64,000 nt of DNA from Rebecca billardiae RCC1528 (lineage: Eukaryota > Protista > Haptophyta). A model generated the notes under the pieces. That model searched no databases, was not told the DNA's origin, and worked only from the letters and a program-made list of their open reading frames with translations. The DNA lies in contig OZ251222.1 in assembly GCA_965240325.2 (NCBI GenBank), positions 4,464,001 to 4,528,000 on the forward strand, read 5' to 3'. Made by a program: the position numbers and the translations under genes. Shown here in pieces: positions 46,738-57,653 of this stretch (the stretch's first letter is position 1; the number at the start of each line of letters is the position of its first letter).

Positions 46738-49700
46738 CGAAGGGCCCGTCGGAGCTCACGGGCGCGCCGCCGGCAGCGCCTGCCGCGGCGCCCGCCGCGG
46801 CGGCACCGGCGGCGCCGCCCGAGTCCGACGTCTCACGGCGCAAGCGCGCGGACTGGAAAGCGCGCCGCGCGCAGCGCGAGCAGCTGACCGCCACTCGCCG
46901 AGCAGCGAGCAGCGCCCGATGGCGTCGCGCGCCAGCTGGTGACGGCGCGGTCGCGCCGCATCCCCCCCTCGATCTCTCTGCCCTCGATCCCACGCATGCC
47001 CATCTGCATTCTCATTCTCAGCCTCTCTCGCATGTTCCAGTCCTCGGTCTCACGCCCGGCCTCTGCGCCGACGCGCCATCCGATCCATCGTCCGCCGCCG
47101 TGATGCCCTACGCGGTCGCGGACACCCAGCCGCTGCCTCCGTTGGGGCCGCCGCCGCTGCCGTCGCTTCCGCCACCGCCGCAGCTGCCGTCGGCGCCTCC
47201 GCACCTGCCTCCGCCGCTCGTGCAGCCGCCGCAGCCGCGGCCGCGGCCGCGGCCGCGGCCGCAGCCGCAGCCGCTGTCCTCGCCGCATGATGCCGCCCGT
47301 CCACCGACCGCGCGCGCGCTCGCTCTCCTTCGAGCTGATGGCGGCGAGGCGGCGGCATCAGCCGCCGCCGCCGCCGCCGATTTGTCTCCCGCCGTCGTCG
47401 CTGCCCGCTTCTCGTCTCTTCCCGCTCACGCCGACCACCTCGTCTTCTCGCCCGCCACTACCAACGCCTCCTCCGCCTTGAGCTTTCCTGCTGCCGCTGC
47501 GCCGTCGCCCGCGGTCACGCGCAGCGCCTCCCGCCAGCCCGCGCCGCCACTCCTCCTCGCTGGCGCGGCGGCGCAGCCGTTCGTCGGTGGGTCGGCGGAA
47601 GAGCTGCTGCCGCCGAGGTCACCTGCCGTCGCCTCGCCCGCCTTCATGTCGCCGCCGCCTGCCGTGCTGCTCTCGGCCGCGCCCACCCGCCAGCGGCCTC
47701 TCACGCGCTCGGCTGGCAGCGTGGCGCCGACGCCCGAGGCAGAGGCGGACGAGCAGACAGCACGGGGTCGAAGGCGCATGGCCGAGCTGCAGCACGTGGC
47801 CGAGCTCGAGCAGCAGTTGCGGCGCTCGCACAGCACGCGCAGCGTCCCTTCCGAGCTCGAGCTCACCTCGCTGCGCACACGTGTGACCGAGCTCGAGCAC
47901 TTCAACGGCGAGCTCGAGCGCGAGCGCGACGACGCGGTGCGGCAGCGCGAGGACATCGTCAACTCGGCCGCCGTCGATCTCGAGCCGGTTCTCGACGTGG
48001 TGATCGCCGCCGTCAAGCTCGAGTGCGAGAACATCGAGCGCGAGGCCCTCGACCGGATCGCCGCCGCGCGCGCCGCCGCTGCTGCCGCGGAGAGGCGCGC
48101 TGTGCTCGCCGGGTACCGCGCCGGGCACAGCGCGGATGCGCGCACCCGCCACGACGCCGAGGCGGAGCAGGCGCAGGCGAAGCTTCGGCGCGATCTCGAA
48201 GAGGCGAACGCGCGGGCCGCAGCTGCGCAGCGCGCCGCCGACGCGCAGCGCGATCGGGCCCTCGAGTTGGAGCGCCGCCTCACCGCGACCGAGCACATCG
48301 CCGCTGACGCGCTGAGCGGCGTCGAGCACGAGCTCGCGGCTGCGCTGCACGCGCAGCAGCTGCTCGAGCAGCAGTGCGCGCACGCCCAGTCGCTCTGCGA
48401 CGAGCAGCAGTCGCAGCTTGTCGAGCTCAAGCGCGACAAGGACGCCGCGCGCAAGCGCGCCGACCGAGCCGCCGGCAAGTTCGAGCACCTCGCCGAGCTG
48501 AACGGGCTGGACGGCGCTCATCGGCAGCGCGCTCAGCGCCCATCTCTCTCGGTCTCGAGCAACGCGTGCCGCAAGCGCAGGCGGGGGGAGGCGGACCATA
48601 TCGAGCACATCCTGCGTGGCACGCCCGACGACGTGATGGACCTCGTGCTGCACGAGATGCTCGAGGGCGCAGACGACGGCTCGCGCAAGCCGTGGGCGAG
48701 GCACGCCTACCTCCAGCAGCGCCGCGGCGCAGTGGGCGTTGTGCGCGAGATTCAATCTCATCAGACGCACCACGACGTCGCCGGCTACCTCGTCTCGAAG
48801 AACGTCACGGACGCGCAGTTCGACACGTGGCGCGAGTGGGTGGGGAAGGAGATCCACCCGGTGACGGGCGAGCACTCGGCTCGCACCGTCTTCCGCGGCG
48901 GCTTCGGCCGCGAGCCGATCCGCCACCCGATCCCGCCGCCGGCGGCTGGCTCTCGAGAGGTCGCGCAGCGCGATCGCGAGCACGCGGGCGCGGGCGTGCT
49001 CATGATCGGCAGCGAGTCGGCGGCGCGGCCGTGGGCGCAGGCCGTGCACGCCGTGCTGGATCGCTCGGAGCGCAACGGCAAGTCCGCGCGCCCGCGCGGG
49101 CAGCCGCACGTCCTCCTCCTCTCGGCGGACGCGGGCAACACGGCTCACTCGCGCACGGCCACGATCGCCATCGTGCGCAACGGCTGGGGCGTCAACTACG
49201 GCGCGCTCGCGTCGTCAGAGGCGATCGCCATCTCGGAGCGGCCGGACTCGGACATGTCCGAGTTATGGAGTGCGCACGCCGACGCGATCAATGACGTGAT
49301 CCGGAGCGGCCTGCTTCCGCCGCGACCGACGCCGCCTGCTGCCGCCACCGCACGTGTGGCCGGCGCGGCCGGCGGCGCGGCCGCGGCCGTCACAGCCGGC
49401 GCGGCCGGCGGCGCGGGCCGCGGCGAGGCCCGCGGCGCGGCCGGCGGCGCGGCCGGCGGCACGGCCGGCGGCACGGCCGGCGGCACGGCCGGCGCGGGCG
49501 GCGCGGGCGGCAGCGGCAGCGGCGTGGCTGGCGGCACCGCCGGCGCTGGCGTCCGCGCGGCCGGCGGCGCGGCCGGCGGCGCGGCTGGTAACGCGGGCGC
49601 GGGCGCTGGCGGCGGCGCGGGCGGCGCGGGCGGCGCGGGCGGCAGCGGCAGCGGCAGCGGCGTGGCTGGCGGCACCGCCGGCGCTGGCGTCCGCGCGGCC

Positions 49701-51419
49701 GGTGGCGCGGCCGGCGGCGCGGCGAGCAGCGCGGCTGGCAACCCGAGCGCGGGCACGGCCGGCGGCGCGGCCGCCGCGGCCGCCGCGGCCGCCGCGGCCG
49801 CCGCGGCCGGCGGCGCGGCCGGCGCGGCCGGCGCGGCCGGCGCGGCCGGCGCTGCCGGCGCGGCGGGCGGCGCGGCCGGCGGCGGTTTTGGCGGCGGCGG
49901 CGAGGCGGCCGACTACGCGGAGGAGCAGAAGGCCATCATCACGTACACCGGCGATTATGTCAACCTTGCCAGCCTCGCCGGCCAGGGCTCGCACAACGTC
50001 TCGCCGCTCCGCTTCAACGTGTGGGCGGTCAAGGAGGCGGGCGCGGACGGCGGCTCGCCTCAGTGGCGGCTGCGCACGTACAAGCGCGCGCGCGCGCTGT
50101 GCCACGCGGACCCGGGCGTGACGTGCCCTGCGTGCAAGGTCACGCCTGCCGACCAGGGCGAGTGCGACGCCGAGATGACCAAGCGCCGCCGCCTTCTCGC
50201 CGACGACTCGAAGGACGCCGAGCGCATCGTCGACCAGAAGCTGCACGAGAACCAGTGGCTGCTACCGCAGCTGGAGCTCGAGCACGTCAACTACTTCCCC
50301 GGCATCATGCACTTCAAGCACGACACTTTCAAGCCGGTGCTGTCGGCGCTGTGGAGGGAGGTGGACGAGCTGTACGGCCGCGACGCGCCGCTCACCAAGT
50401 ACGACCTGATCGTCCTGTTCAAGAACGCGGGCGTGCCTGTGCGAGTGCCCAAGCGGCGCACGCGCACCAACGAGATCGGCGTGCCCGACCTCCGCGGCGA
50501 CGGCATCTCGCTGCTGCGCACGCACGCGGTCTTCTGGGCGTTGGTGCAGGTCGTGTGGAAGATCGACGCGGATCTCGACGGCGCGAGCAGCGCGGGCGCG
50601 GCGGACAGCGGCGACGAGGACGCGCGCATCTCGGACATGCAGGACGAGGAGGAGCGCGAGATGATGGACGAGATCGGCTTTGACGACGAGGCGCAGTTGA
50701 AGGCCGAGATCGCGGACATGCCGCGCATGGCACTCTTCTGCCGCCTGCTCATGCTCACGTGGCAGCTGCACGACCTCGTCTCCTCGCGCGGCTACACGGA
50801 CGATGACGATGGCCGCGCGAAGCGTGCGGACGAGGTTGAGGCAGCCGCGACGGCGTGGGTCGAGGCGCTCGACCTGTTCGTCCTCAAGCCGGTCACCTCG
50901 CAGTACAAGACGATCGCGCGGTTCGTCTTGCCTCTGCTGATCAGGCGGTGGGGCCACCTCGTGCAGCTCGCGGACGAGCAGGTGCAGGAGCACTTCGTGC
51001 AGGTGACCAAGCGGGCGATGCCGCTCGTGAACGCGCGCAAGTCGCTCGACTCGTTCGTCCGCGAGTATGCCGAGGGGAAGAAGTCGACGGTGCAGCCGCA
51101 CATCTCGACGGCCGCGCAGCTCCTGCGCCGCGTGTCGCTTGCGACGTGGGCGGAGGAGGAGTTCGGCGACAAGGTGCGGCGGCTCTGGCTGAAGAAGGAG
51201 GGCAAGCGGCAGCGCGAATGGCAGCGCAAGGCGAAGGCCGGCGCGCACGACCTGGTCGACGAGTACATCGCGGCGCGCAAGCTCGTGCGCGAGGAGGCTG
51301 GGCTTCCGGAGGAGGACTTGTCGGCACTCAAGAGCAAATTGAGGGCGGCGGCGCGCTCGGCCTCGGCGACGGTGAGCGACGGCGCGGATGTCGCGCGCGA
51401 CGGCAGCGGGGCTGGGTAG
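46674..51419 (+). CDS. DDE transposase with RAG1-core/Transib/Chapaev-like motif order
   Basis: LLLSADAG (D1), YTGDYVNLASLAG (D2), CPAC, HENQ..LPQL...FPGIMH, LRGD, YKT..RFVLPLLIRRWGHL..LADEQVQEH (E); uninterrupted 4.7-kb frame; true start uncertain. Confidence 0.8.
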   Translation: MRAGRLDAPRRRRGWRRTPSVTKGPSELTGAPPAAPAAAPAAAAPAAPPESDVSRRKRADWKARRAQREQLTATRRAASSARWRRAPAGDGAVAPHPPLDLSALDPTHAHLHSHSQPLSHVPVLGLTPGLCADAPSDPSSAAVMPYAVADTQPLPPLGPPPLPSLPPPPQLPSAPPHLPPPLVQPPQPRPRPRPRPQPQPLSSPHDAARPPTARALALLRADGGEAAASAAAAAADLSPAVVAARFSSLPAHADHLVFSPATTNASSALSFPAAAAPSPAVTRSASRQPAPPLLLAGAAAQPFVGGSAEELLPPRSPAVASPAFMSPPPAVLLSAAPTRQRPLTRSAGSVAPTPEAEADEQTARGRRRMAELQHVAELEQQLRRSHSTRSVPSELELTSLRTRVTELEHFNGELERERDDAVRQREDIVNSAAVDLEPVLDVVIAAVKLECENIEREALDRIAAARAAAAAAERRAVLAGYRAGHSADARTRHDAEAEQAQAKLRRDLEEANARAAAAQRAADAQRDRALELERRLTATEHIAADALSGVEHELAAALHAQQLLEQQCAHAQSLCDEQQSQLVELKRDKDAARKRADRAAGKFEHLAELNGLDGAHRQRAQRPSLSVSSNACRKRRRGEADHIEHILRGTPDDVMDLVLHEMLEGADDGSRKPWARHAYLQQRRGAVGVVREIQSHQTHHDVAGYLVSKNVTDAQFDTWREWVGKEIHPVTGEHSARTVFRGGFGREPIRHPIPPPAAGSREVAQRDREHAGAGVLMIGSESAARPWAQAVHAVLDRSERNGKSARPRGQPHVLLLSADAGNTAHSRTATIAIVRNGWGVNYGALASSEAIAISERPDSDMSELWSAHADAINDVIRSGLLPPRPTPPAAATARVAGAAGGAAAAVTAGAAGGAGRGEARGAAGGAAGGTAGGTAGGTAGAGGAGGSGSGVAGGTAGAGVRAAGGAAGGAAGNAGAGAGGGAGGAGGAGGSGSGSGVAGGTAGAGVRAAGGAAGGAASSAAGNPSAGTAGGAAAAAAAAAAAAAAGGAAGAAGAAGAAGAAGAAGGAAGGGFGGGGEAADYAEEQKAIITYTGDYVNLASLAGQGSHNVSPLRFNVWAVKEAGADGGSPQWRLRTYKRARALCHADPGVTCPACKVTPADQGECDAEMTKRRRLLADDSKDAERIVDQKLHENQWLLPQLELEHVNYFPGIMHFKHDTFKPVLSALWREVDELYGRDAPLTKYDLIVLFKNAGVPVRVPKRRTRTNEIGVPDLRGDGISLLRTHAVFWALVQVVWKIDADLDGASSAGAADSGDEDARISDMQDEEEREMMDEIGFDDEAQLKAEIADMPRMALFCRLLMLTWQLHDLVSSRGYTDDDDGRAKRADEVEAAATAWVEALDLFVLKPVTSQYKTIARFVLPLLIRRWGHLVQLADEQVQEHFVQVTKRAMPLVNARKSLDSFVREYAEGKKSTVQPHISTAAQLLRRVSLATWAEEEFGDKVRRLWLKKEGKRQREWQRKAKAGAHDLVDEYIAARKLVREEAGLPEEDLSALKSKLRAAARSASATVSDGADVARDGSGAG

Positions 51420-51544
51420 CGGGAATCAGGCAGCTGACGGTTAGGGCATGCAGGGGGGACTAGTCGCGCGCGCGCGCCGCCCGCTGGGCGCGCGCGCGCA
51501 GCGCATAGTAATTTTCCGTAAAATAATCCGGCCGATGGACACGC

Positions 51545-51578
51545 TAACGGCCGCTTTAAAAAAGAAGTCGTTGCTGTG
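51545..51578 (-). repeat. Right TIR
   Basis: TAACGGCCGCTTTAAAAAAGAAGTCGTTGCTGTG. Confidence 0.93.
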
Positions 51579-52070
51579 GCCATCATTTAACAGGCTGTGG
51601 CCGCCTCTGAGCCCTCTGACTAGTCTGAGAGTGAGAGTCCCGCGGGTGGCGGCCCGCCGAGCGGTGCCCCGGATCACGGACTCTGACGGCGATATGATAC
51701 TACTGAATGATTATGGGCTGCTGCCGCTGGCACGTCCGCGCGGGCCTGCTTCACGCGGCCCGTGTCCGTGACTACGCTGTCCAACCGCAGCAGTCACATC
51801 GGCCGGCGCCGCCGCCGCCTCCATCGGAATGGCTGGCGAAGTTGCGGCGTTACAAATCGGCCAGTGCCCGGCTGTGCCCGCAGCATGCTGGCGTCAGCCG
51901 TCACCCTGAGCCACCGTCGTCGCCGCTTGCTCGGCGTCTTCCGAGCGAGCGCTCGCAGCCGCGTCCCCAGACGACCCGCCCGCGCAGACGGACGGACCAC
52001 GGCGGGCAGCTGGCGGCGCGCTCGTGCCGCGTGCCACAGGCTGCGCGCACGACTTGGTGTCCCGCGCCGC

Positions 52071-54412
52071 TCAGTGCGCGTGCTGCGCCGCCGAGGGCAT
52101 CGCGGAGATGCTGCGGATCGAGGGCGTGGGCTTGGTCCCGTCGAGCTCGACCTGGAAGTCGAAGACCGAGCCGTCGTGCATGTGCACCGACAGCCCCTCC
52201 GCGGCCGCAAACTTGTACCGCAGCTGTCGCCTCGGGTTTGGCGGCTGCGCGCCCACCGCCTGCTCGATGGCGGCGCGGCCGCGCAGCTCGCCGAGCTCGC
52301 CGCTCCACACGCCGTCGTCGGTGAAGAAGGACGCGGCGACCGCGCCGTCGCGGTTGTCCACCGCGTCGAGGAACCGCGCGAGCAGCTCGCGCGCCGAGTT
52401 GCGCGGCGCGTACGTGGTGTGCAGCTCCTGGTGCGCCGTGTGCGAGAGCGGCTCGCCCAGCCACGCCTTGTACAGCTGCTGCACCTCCGTGTTCTCGTGC
52501 GACATGCGGACGGGCATGTCCTTGTCCGCGCCGTAGATGCCCGCCGCGCGGCGCTCGAGGATGTCGGGCAGGTCGCTCTTGGGCTCGCCGCCGCCGCCGA
52601 GGCAGCCGCCCTTGCACGCCATCACCTGCGGCGCGAAAGGTCGGGCGCGGAGGGGGCGGCGGGGCGGCGCGCGTGAGCGGCGGCGCGGCGCGGCGCGGCG
52701 CGCGCGGCGCGGCGCGGCGCGGCGCGCACCTCGATCATGAGGTGGTTCCGCCAGCTCTGGTCCTCGCCGTTGAGCAGCTCGACGGCCGCGCCGATCGAGC
52801 TCACCACCGCGACGCTGCCCAGCCCCTCGATGGTGGCGGTCTTGACGCCCGCCTGCACGCCGCGCACGCCCTGCCACTCGAGGGGCATGTCCTTCATGCC
52901 GAGCAGCGCGGTCGTGGCGGTGCGCAGCGCGGCCTCCATCACGCCGCCGCTCGCGCCGAAGATGACGGCGGCGCCGGTCGACGCGCCGAGCGGCGAGTCG
53001 TACGTCGCGTCGTTCGGCAGCGAGGCGAACGGGATCTTGCGGTGGCGGATCATGCGCGCGAGCTCGCGCGTCGTGATGGCGGCGTCGACGTCGCCGCGCA
53101 TCCCCGGCCGCACCGCCTCGTCCTTCTTCGCCGTGCACGGCATGATCGAGACGACGAAGGGCTCGTCGTCCTCGTCCTCGTACGAGTCGCCCTCGCGCTC
53201 CCTGCGCACCTCGCGCAGCTTCTCGACGAACGGCCCGCGCTTGGTGATGGCGGCGTGCATCTGCTGCGGCGACTTGGCGGTGCTCAGGTGCGGGATCAGG
53301 TCCGGCCGGTGGATCTCCACGTAGTTCACCCAGCCGGGGCAGCACGAGGTGAAGAGCGGGAGCGGGCCGGCGCCCTCGGTGACGCGCTTGACGAGCTCGG
53401 TCCCCTCCTCCATGATCGTCAGGTCCGCCGAGAAGTTCGTGTCGAGCACGTAGTCGAAGCCGAGCGCCTTGAGCGCGGACACCATCCGGCCGGTCGAGAC
53501 GCTCCCGGGCTCGAACCCAAACTCCTCGCCGATCGCGATGCGCGTGGCGGGCGCGGTCTGCACGACGGTGGTGCGCCGCTTCGTGTCGAGCACCTCGAGC
53601 ACGCGCTGCCAGTCCGGCCGCTCCGTCAGCGCGCCGACCGGGCAGCGCAGCGTGCACTGCCCGCACGAGATGCAGCCCGTGTCCTTGAGCGGCTGGTCAA
53701 ACACCGTGATCGGCAGCTGCCCGAACCCGCGCTCGCCAAAGCCGATGCAGTGGAGCTTCTGGCCCTGCGGCCCGCACGCGTCGACGCACAGGCCGCACTC
53801 GATGCACTTGCTCATGTCGCGCGCGATCGCCGGCGACGAGTGGTCCACGAGCGCGTGCTCGCCCACGTGGTCCTCGGCGGTGCCGTGGCCGCGCTCGATC
53901 TTGGGCCACTTCTCGACCAGCTGCTCCTCCTGCACGAGCGACTGCAGCTTGCACTGGCCTGCACACACGGGGGGGCGCGGGGCGCGACGCGGCGGGCGCG
54001 ACGCGACGTGTCGGGCCGACGCGCCGCGCGGCGCGCGGCGCGCCGGCGCGCCGGCGTGTGCGACGATGCCGCGCGCTCACGCACCGTTCACCTCGCACCG
54101 CATGCACTCGTTCGGGTGGCGCGCGAGCATCATCTCGAGCTCGGTGCGGCGGTACTGCTTGAGCTCAGCCGTGTCCGTGTTGATCACCTGCCCCTCGAGC
54201 GCCGTCGTGTAGCAGGCCGGCAGCGGCTTGCCCGAGCCCTGAACGTCGACGAGGCACATACGGCACACCGCGCGCTGCTTGAACTGCGGGTGGTAGCAGA
54301 GCACTGGCACGCGCATGCCCGCCTCCTTGATGGCATCGAGGATCGTCGAGCCCTGGGGCACCTTCACCGACTTTCGGTTGACCACGAGCGAGACGAGCTC
54401 CTTGAGCACCAT
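52071..54412 (-). CDS. hydA: [FeFe]-hydrogenase (group A, with F-clusters) plus C-terminal SnoaL/NTF2-like domain
   Basis: 2Fe-2S PVLCY..VCRMC..PAC; HPNECMRC..C; CIECGLC..C and CISCGQC..CP; H-cluster FTSCCPGW, MPCTAKKDE, E|VMACKGGCLGGGG; SHEN..LHTTY; introns 53959-54084 and 52626-52729. Confidence 0.96.
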
Positions 54413-54824
54413 GTCAACGGTAGGGGCGCCGCGCCGCCGCCGCCGATCGCCGCCGAACGCACCCAACTCCAACCCGTCCGCGTGTGAGCCGTGGACGGCA
54501 GCGCGTTTGATTTGCCAATCGACCGAGCTGGGTGAGCGGGCAGCTCGTCGGCGGCCCAATCAGAAGGTGGCGCCGCCGGAGATCGCAGAGCCCGGCCCCT
54601 GAAGTCGCTCTCCCAATTGGCGGAGCCGCGAAAGCGCGGAGCCCAGGCGCACCAAAGATGTCCCTTGGATGTCCCGTCCCGACCAACCGTTGACCAGCTT
54701 TGGCAGTCTTCAAAAGTTGAAATGAAAAAGCCGCCATCATTGTTTTCGCGGCGTTTTCGAGTTTCCCCATTTTTCATCAGCAGAGCAGTAGCGGAGCCAA
54801 GCGCGTGCCGCCTGATCAGCTGCG

Positions 54825-55762
54825 ATGGCTGACGCGGGGAGCCTCGCGCTGCTCCCCGAGGAGGAAGTCCGCCACGTGCAGCAGCAGACGACGTTGTACG
54901 CAGGGCCGACCGCCGCCCCAGCGGCTGGGACGCTCTATATCACGACGAGGTGTGCGTCCGCGCCACGCCGCGCCCCATCTCTCCCGGCGTGGTCATGACG
55001 CGCCCGGCGCGCGCGCGTGCGCCGTCCCGATACGTGCCCATTCGCAGGAGGGTTGCGTGGGTCAAGGCTGGCGCGGAAGGCGCAGACGGCGTGCAAGCGT
55101 TTGACTACCCATCGATCGCACTGCACGCTGTGTGCACGGACACGTCCACGTTCCCCCACCCGTGCCTGTACTGCCAGCTCGACCTCGAGGGCGAGGAGGC
55201 GCATGAGCCGGAGTCGGGCATTGCCGCATGGATGGGCGGGGCTGCCCCCACGACGCAGGGCGGCGGCGGCGACGACGCGATGGGGGGCGCGGCCGACGAC
55301 GAGGCCCACGAGAACGGCGCAGACGCGGCCGACGGCGCCGTCGGCGAGCTCCGCTTCGTGCCCGCCGATCCGTCCAGCCTGGACGCCATCTTTGCGGCCA
55401 TGTCCGCGTGCGCAGCGCTCCATCCGACCGGCGACGAGGATGAGGACGAGGACGAGGACGAGGATGACGAGGACTTCGACGGCGAGCACGATGGGGTCTA
55501 CGCCGATGGTGGCATGATCTCGGGCGGGCTCATCACCTCTGAGGCCGACCTCACCGCGGAGCAGCGTGCGATGCTCGAGCGCTTCGATGCGATCCTGCAT
55601 GTGCCTGACGGCGCAGCGCATGAGCATACGGATGGAGGCGCCACGGCCGCGCGCGTCACGGATGCCACCCGGGCTGTCGAGGAGCTCGCACGGACCGACC
55701 CTGGACGCTTCGCCGATGCTGGCGAGGGGCATGCGATGGAGGCCGATGGCGATGGCAAATGA
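54825..55762 (+). CDS. CLNS1A: Methylosome subunit pICln (Voldacs domain)
   Basis: GTLYITTR|RVAW, YPSIALHAV, CLYCQLD, ELRFVP, IFAAMSACAALHP, acidic tract; intron 54950-55047. Confidence 0.9.
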
Positions 55763-56223
55763 TCTCATCGACTTCTCGTCTGATGCTCCGATGAGGGATG
55801 TCGCGTCACGTCGCTGTCGCCGCGCACTTTCAGGACTTGGCGTGTTGGCCAGCGCATGACTCCATTGTCATGCGATCTGATTCTGAGTTCCGATGACGGA
55901 TGTTGTTGTGACGACGTACCATATGCGGCGCCACTGTGGCGAGCGGTGCATAGCTCGTGGCAGAGTGTCAACGTGACACATGATGTACGTGACCACGCCG
56001 TCAAAAAATACAACGACGACATTGCAGCTTGAGCTTGCTCAGCTCAGCAGTTCTTGACTTTGAGCAGGCAGCTCATCCGAGGCGGAGGTTCTCGTGCGAA
56101 GCCTCCATCCCCCAGTCGCGCAACGTCGCGCATTTCGTCACAGGAGGCCATGGCGGGCAGCGAAGCTTGAGTGTCGTGTGTGCGCAGCGGCAACGCGGCC
56201 GCGTCTGAGTCCGCGCGGGCACG

Positions 56224-57653
56224 ATGCTCCTTCCGCTGTACGCATGGGGACTCTTCGGGCTGATTGGTTCGGCGAGCTACGCCTACGTCGCCATACTGCG
56301 CTGCGTGGGCGTGCCCCCGCGCGGTGCGACCGCTCTGTCGGTGATGCCCTTCCTCTGCTGGTGCTTTGCGCGCACGTTCCACAGCGTCGCGTGCGCCAAT
56401 TTCCTGGTGCTATCCAGCCGAGGCACGGACGTGGTCTCGGCTGCGGCATTTACGCTCGGCTTTTGGGCCTCGTCGGCGCTCGTCATGCGCCGTCCGCGCC
56501 CGCCGACGTGCGTGTTTGCGGGCATCTTCGCCCTCTGCCTCATCGTGCTGCCGCTCACGCGCGACAACGAAAAGCCCTGGACGGGCGATAGCTCAAAAGC
56601 GCTGCTGGGTGGCCCAGCGCGCAGGCGATCTGGGAGTGGTGCGCACGCGCTGCGCCTGAGCTCGCTGCTCGGCCTGCACGCCGCAGGGCCACTGCCCGGC
56701 GCTGTGGACGACAGGCCTGAGGCTGCGGTGGGCTCGCGCGCGCCCGTGCTGATGAGCGGGCTGTGGGGCGGCTGGTTCGCCGACGGCGGGCAGACCCTCT
56801 CGCTGGGGAAGCAATTTATGACGTTCCACGCCGACGGCGTCGTCAATGGGCACGGCGAGATGAACCAGCAGCGCATCAACAGCCAGCACACGGTACAGCG
56901 CCGGGCAGCGGCACTGCCCCCGAGTGCACCCCTTGTGCGTGCCCTGCGCGCCCTCGTCGTCTCACCGGCCGCTGCGGCGTGCGCCCGCGCCAACAGGACA
57001 ACACGTGGAGGATGAGCTCGGCCACGCTCACCTTCACCATCTCCGGCCGTCTGGACGGCACGTGCGTCGCGTTCACCAAGACGTACCACGACTTGCAGGG
57101 CACGCAGGTGGACTTTGACGGCTGCCTGAGCGTGCGCCCTCTCGGCGCCGCACCGGCGCAGCCGGACGGGGAGGCCGCGCGCGCCGACGTGGAGCTGGTG
57201 ATCAGCGGCGTCTACGTGAATGTGCCGACGGGGGGCGTCGGCCTGTTCGAGCTCTCCACGCGCCAGGGCCAGAGCTCTGCGCTGTGGCTCGCCCCGGGGC
57301 CGGGCGCCGACAGCATCCCAGCCAGGCCGGCGCCGAGTGAGCAGGCGGACGAGGACGGCGAGCAGCCGCCCGAGGCCGGCGCGCCTGCCGGCGATGCGGA
57401 CGAGGCGTCGCGGCAGACGGCGTGGTACGAGATGCTGCGCTCACCCTCGACGGGCCAGGGCCGCTCTCGCCGCCAGAGCATGGGCATCCTGATGACGACA
57501 TTCGGCTTCCGCGTGGTGATCGTGTCGATGTTTGGCCTGGCGATGCTCGCGACCATGAGCTCCGCGTATCTCATGCTGCGCAGCTTTCTGCGCGCCTTGG
57601 GGCTCGTCGAGGTGCCGCCCGAACAAGAGGGCGAGGGGGACAGGCGGGGCTAG
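56224..57653 (+). CDS. Multi-pass membrane protein, unknown function
   Basis: Several hydrophobic N-terminal segments and a C-terminal TM; intron 56893-56996 joins the frames; start uncertain. Confidence 0.65.

Larger units (their letters stand above)
45324..51578 (+). mobile_element. Full-length DNA transposon (RAG1/Transib/Chapaev-related DDE), 6255 bp
   Basis: 34-bp TIRs (33/34 match); GCC direct repeat at 45321-45323 and 51579-51581; internal transposase ORF. Confidence 0.88.

Noticed and set aside
52071-54412. Nar1/NARF or bacterial contamination
   Set aside because: TSCCPGW, the MPC..K..E motif and F-clusters indicate a true hydrogenase; spliceosomal introns match the host style
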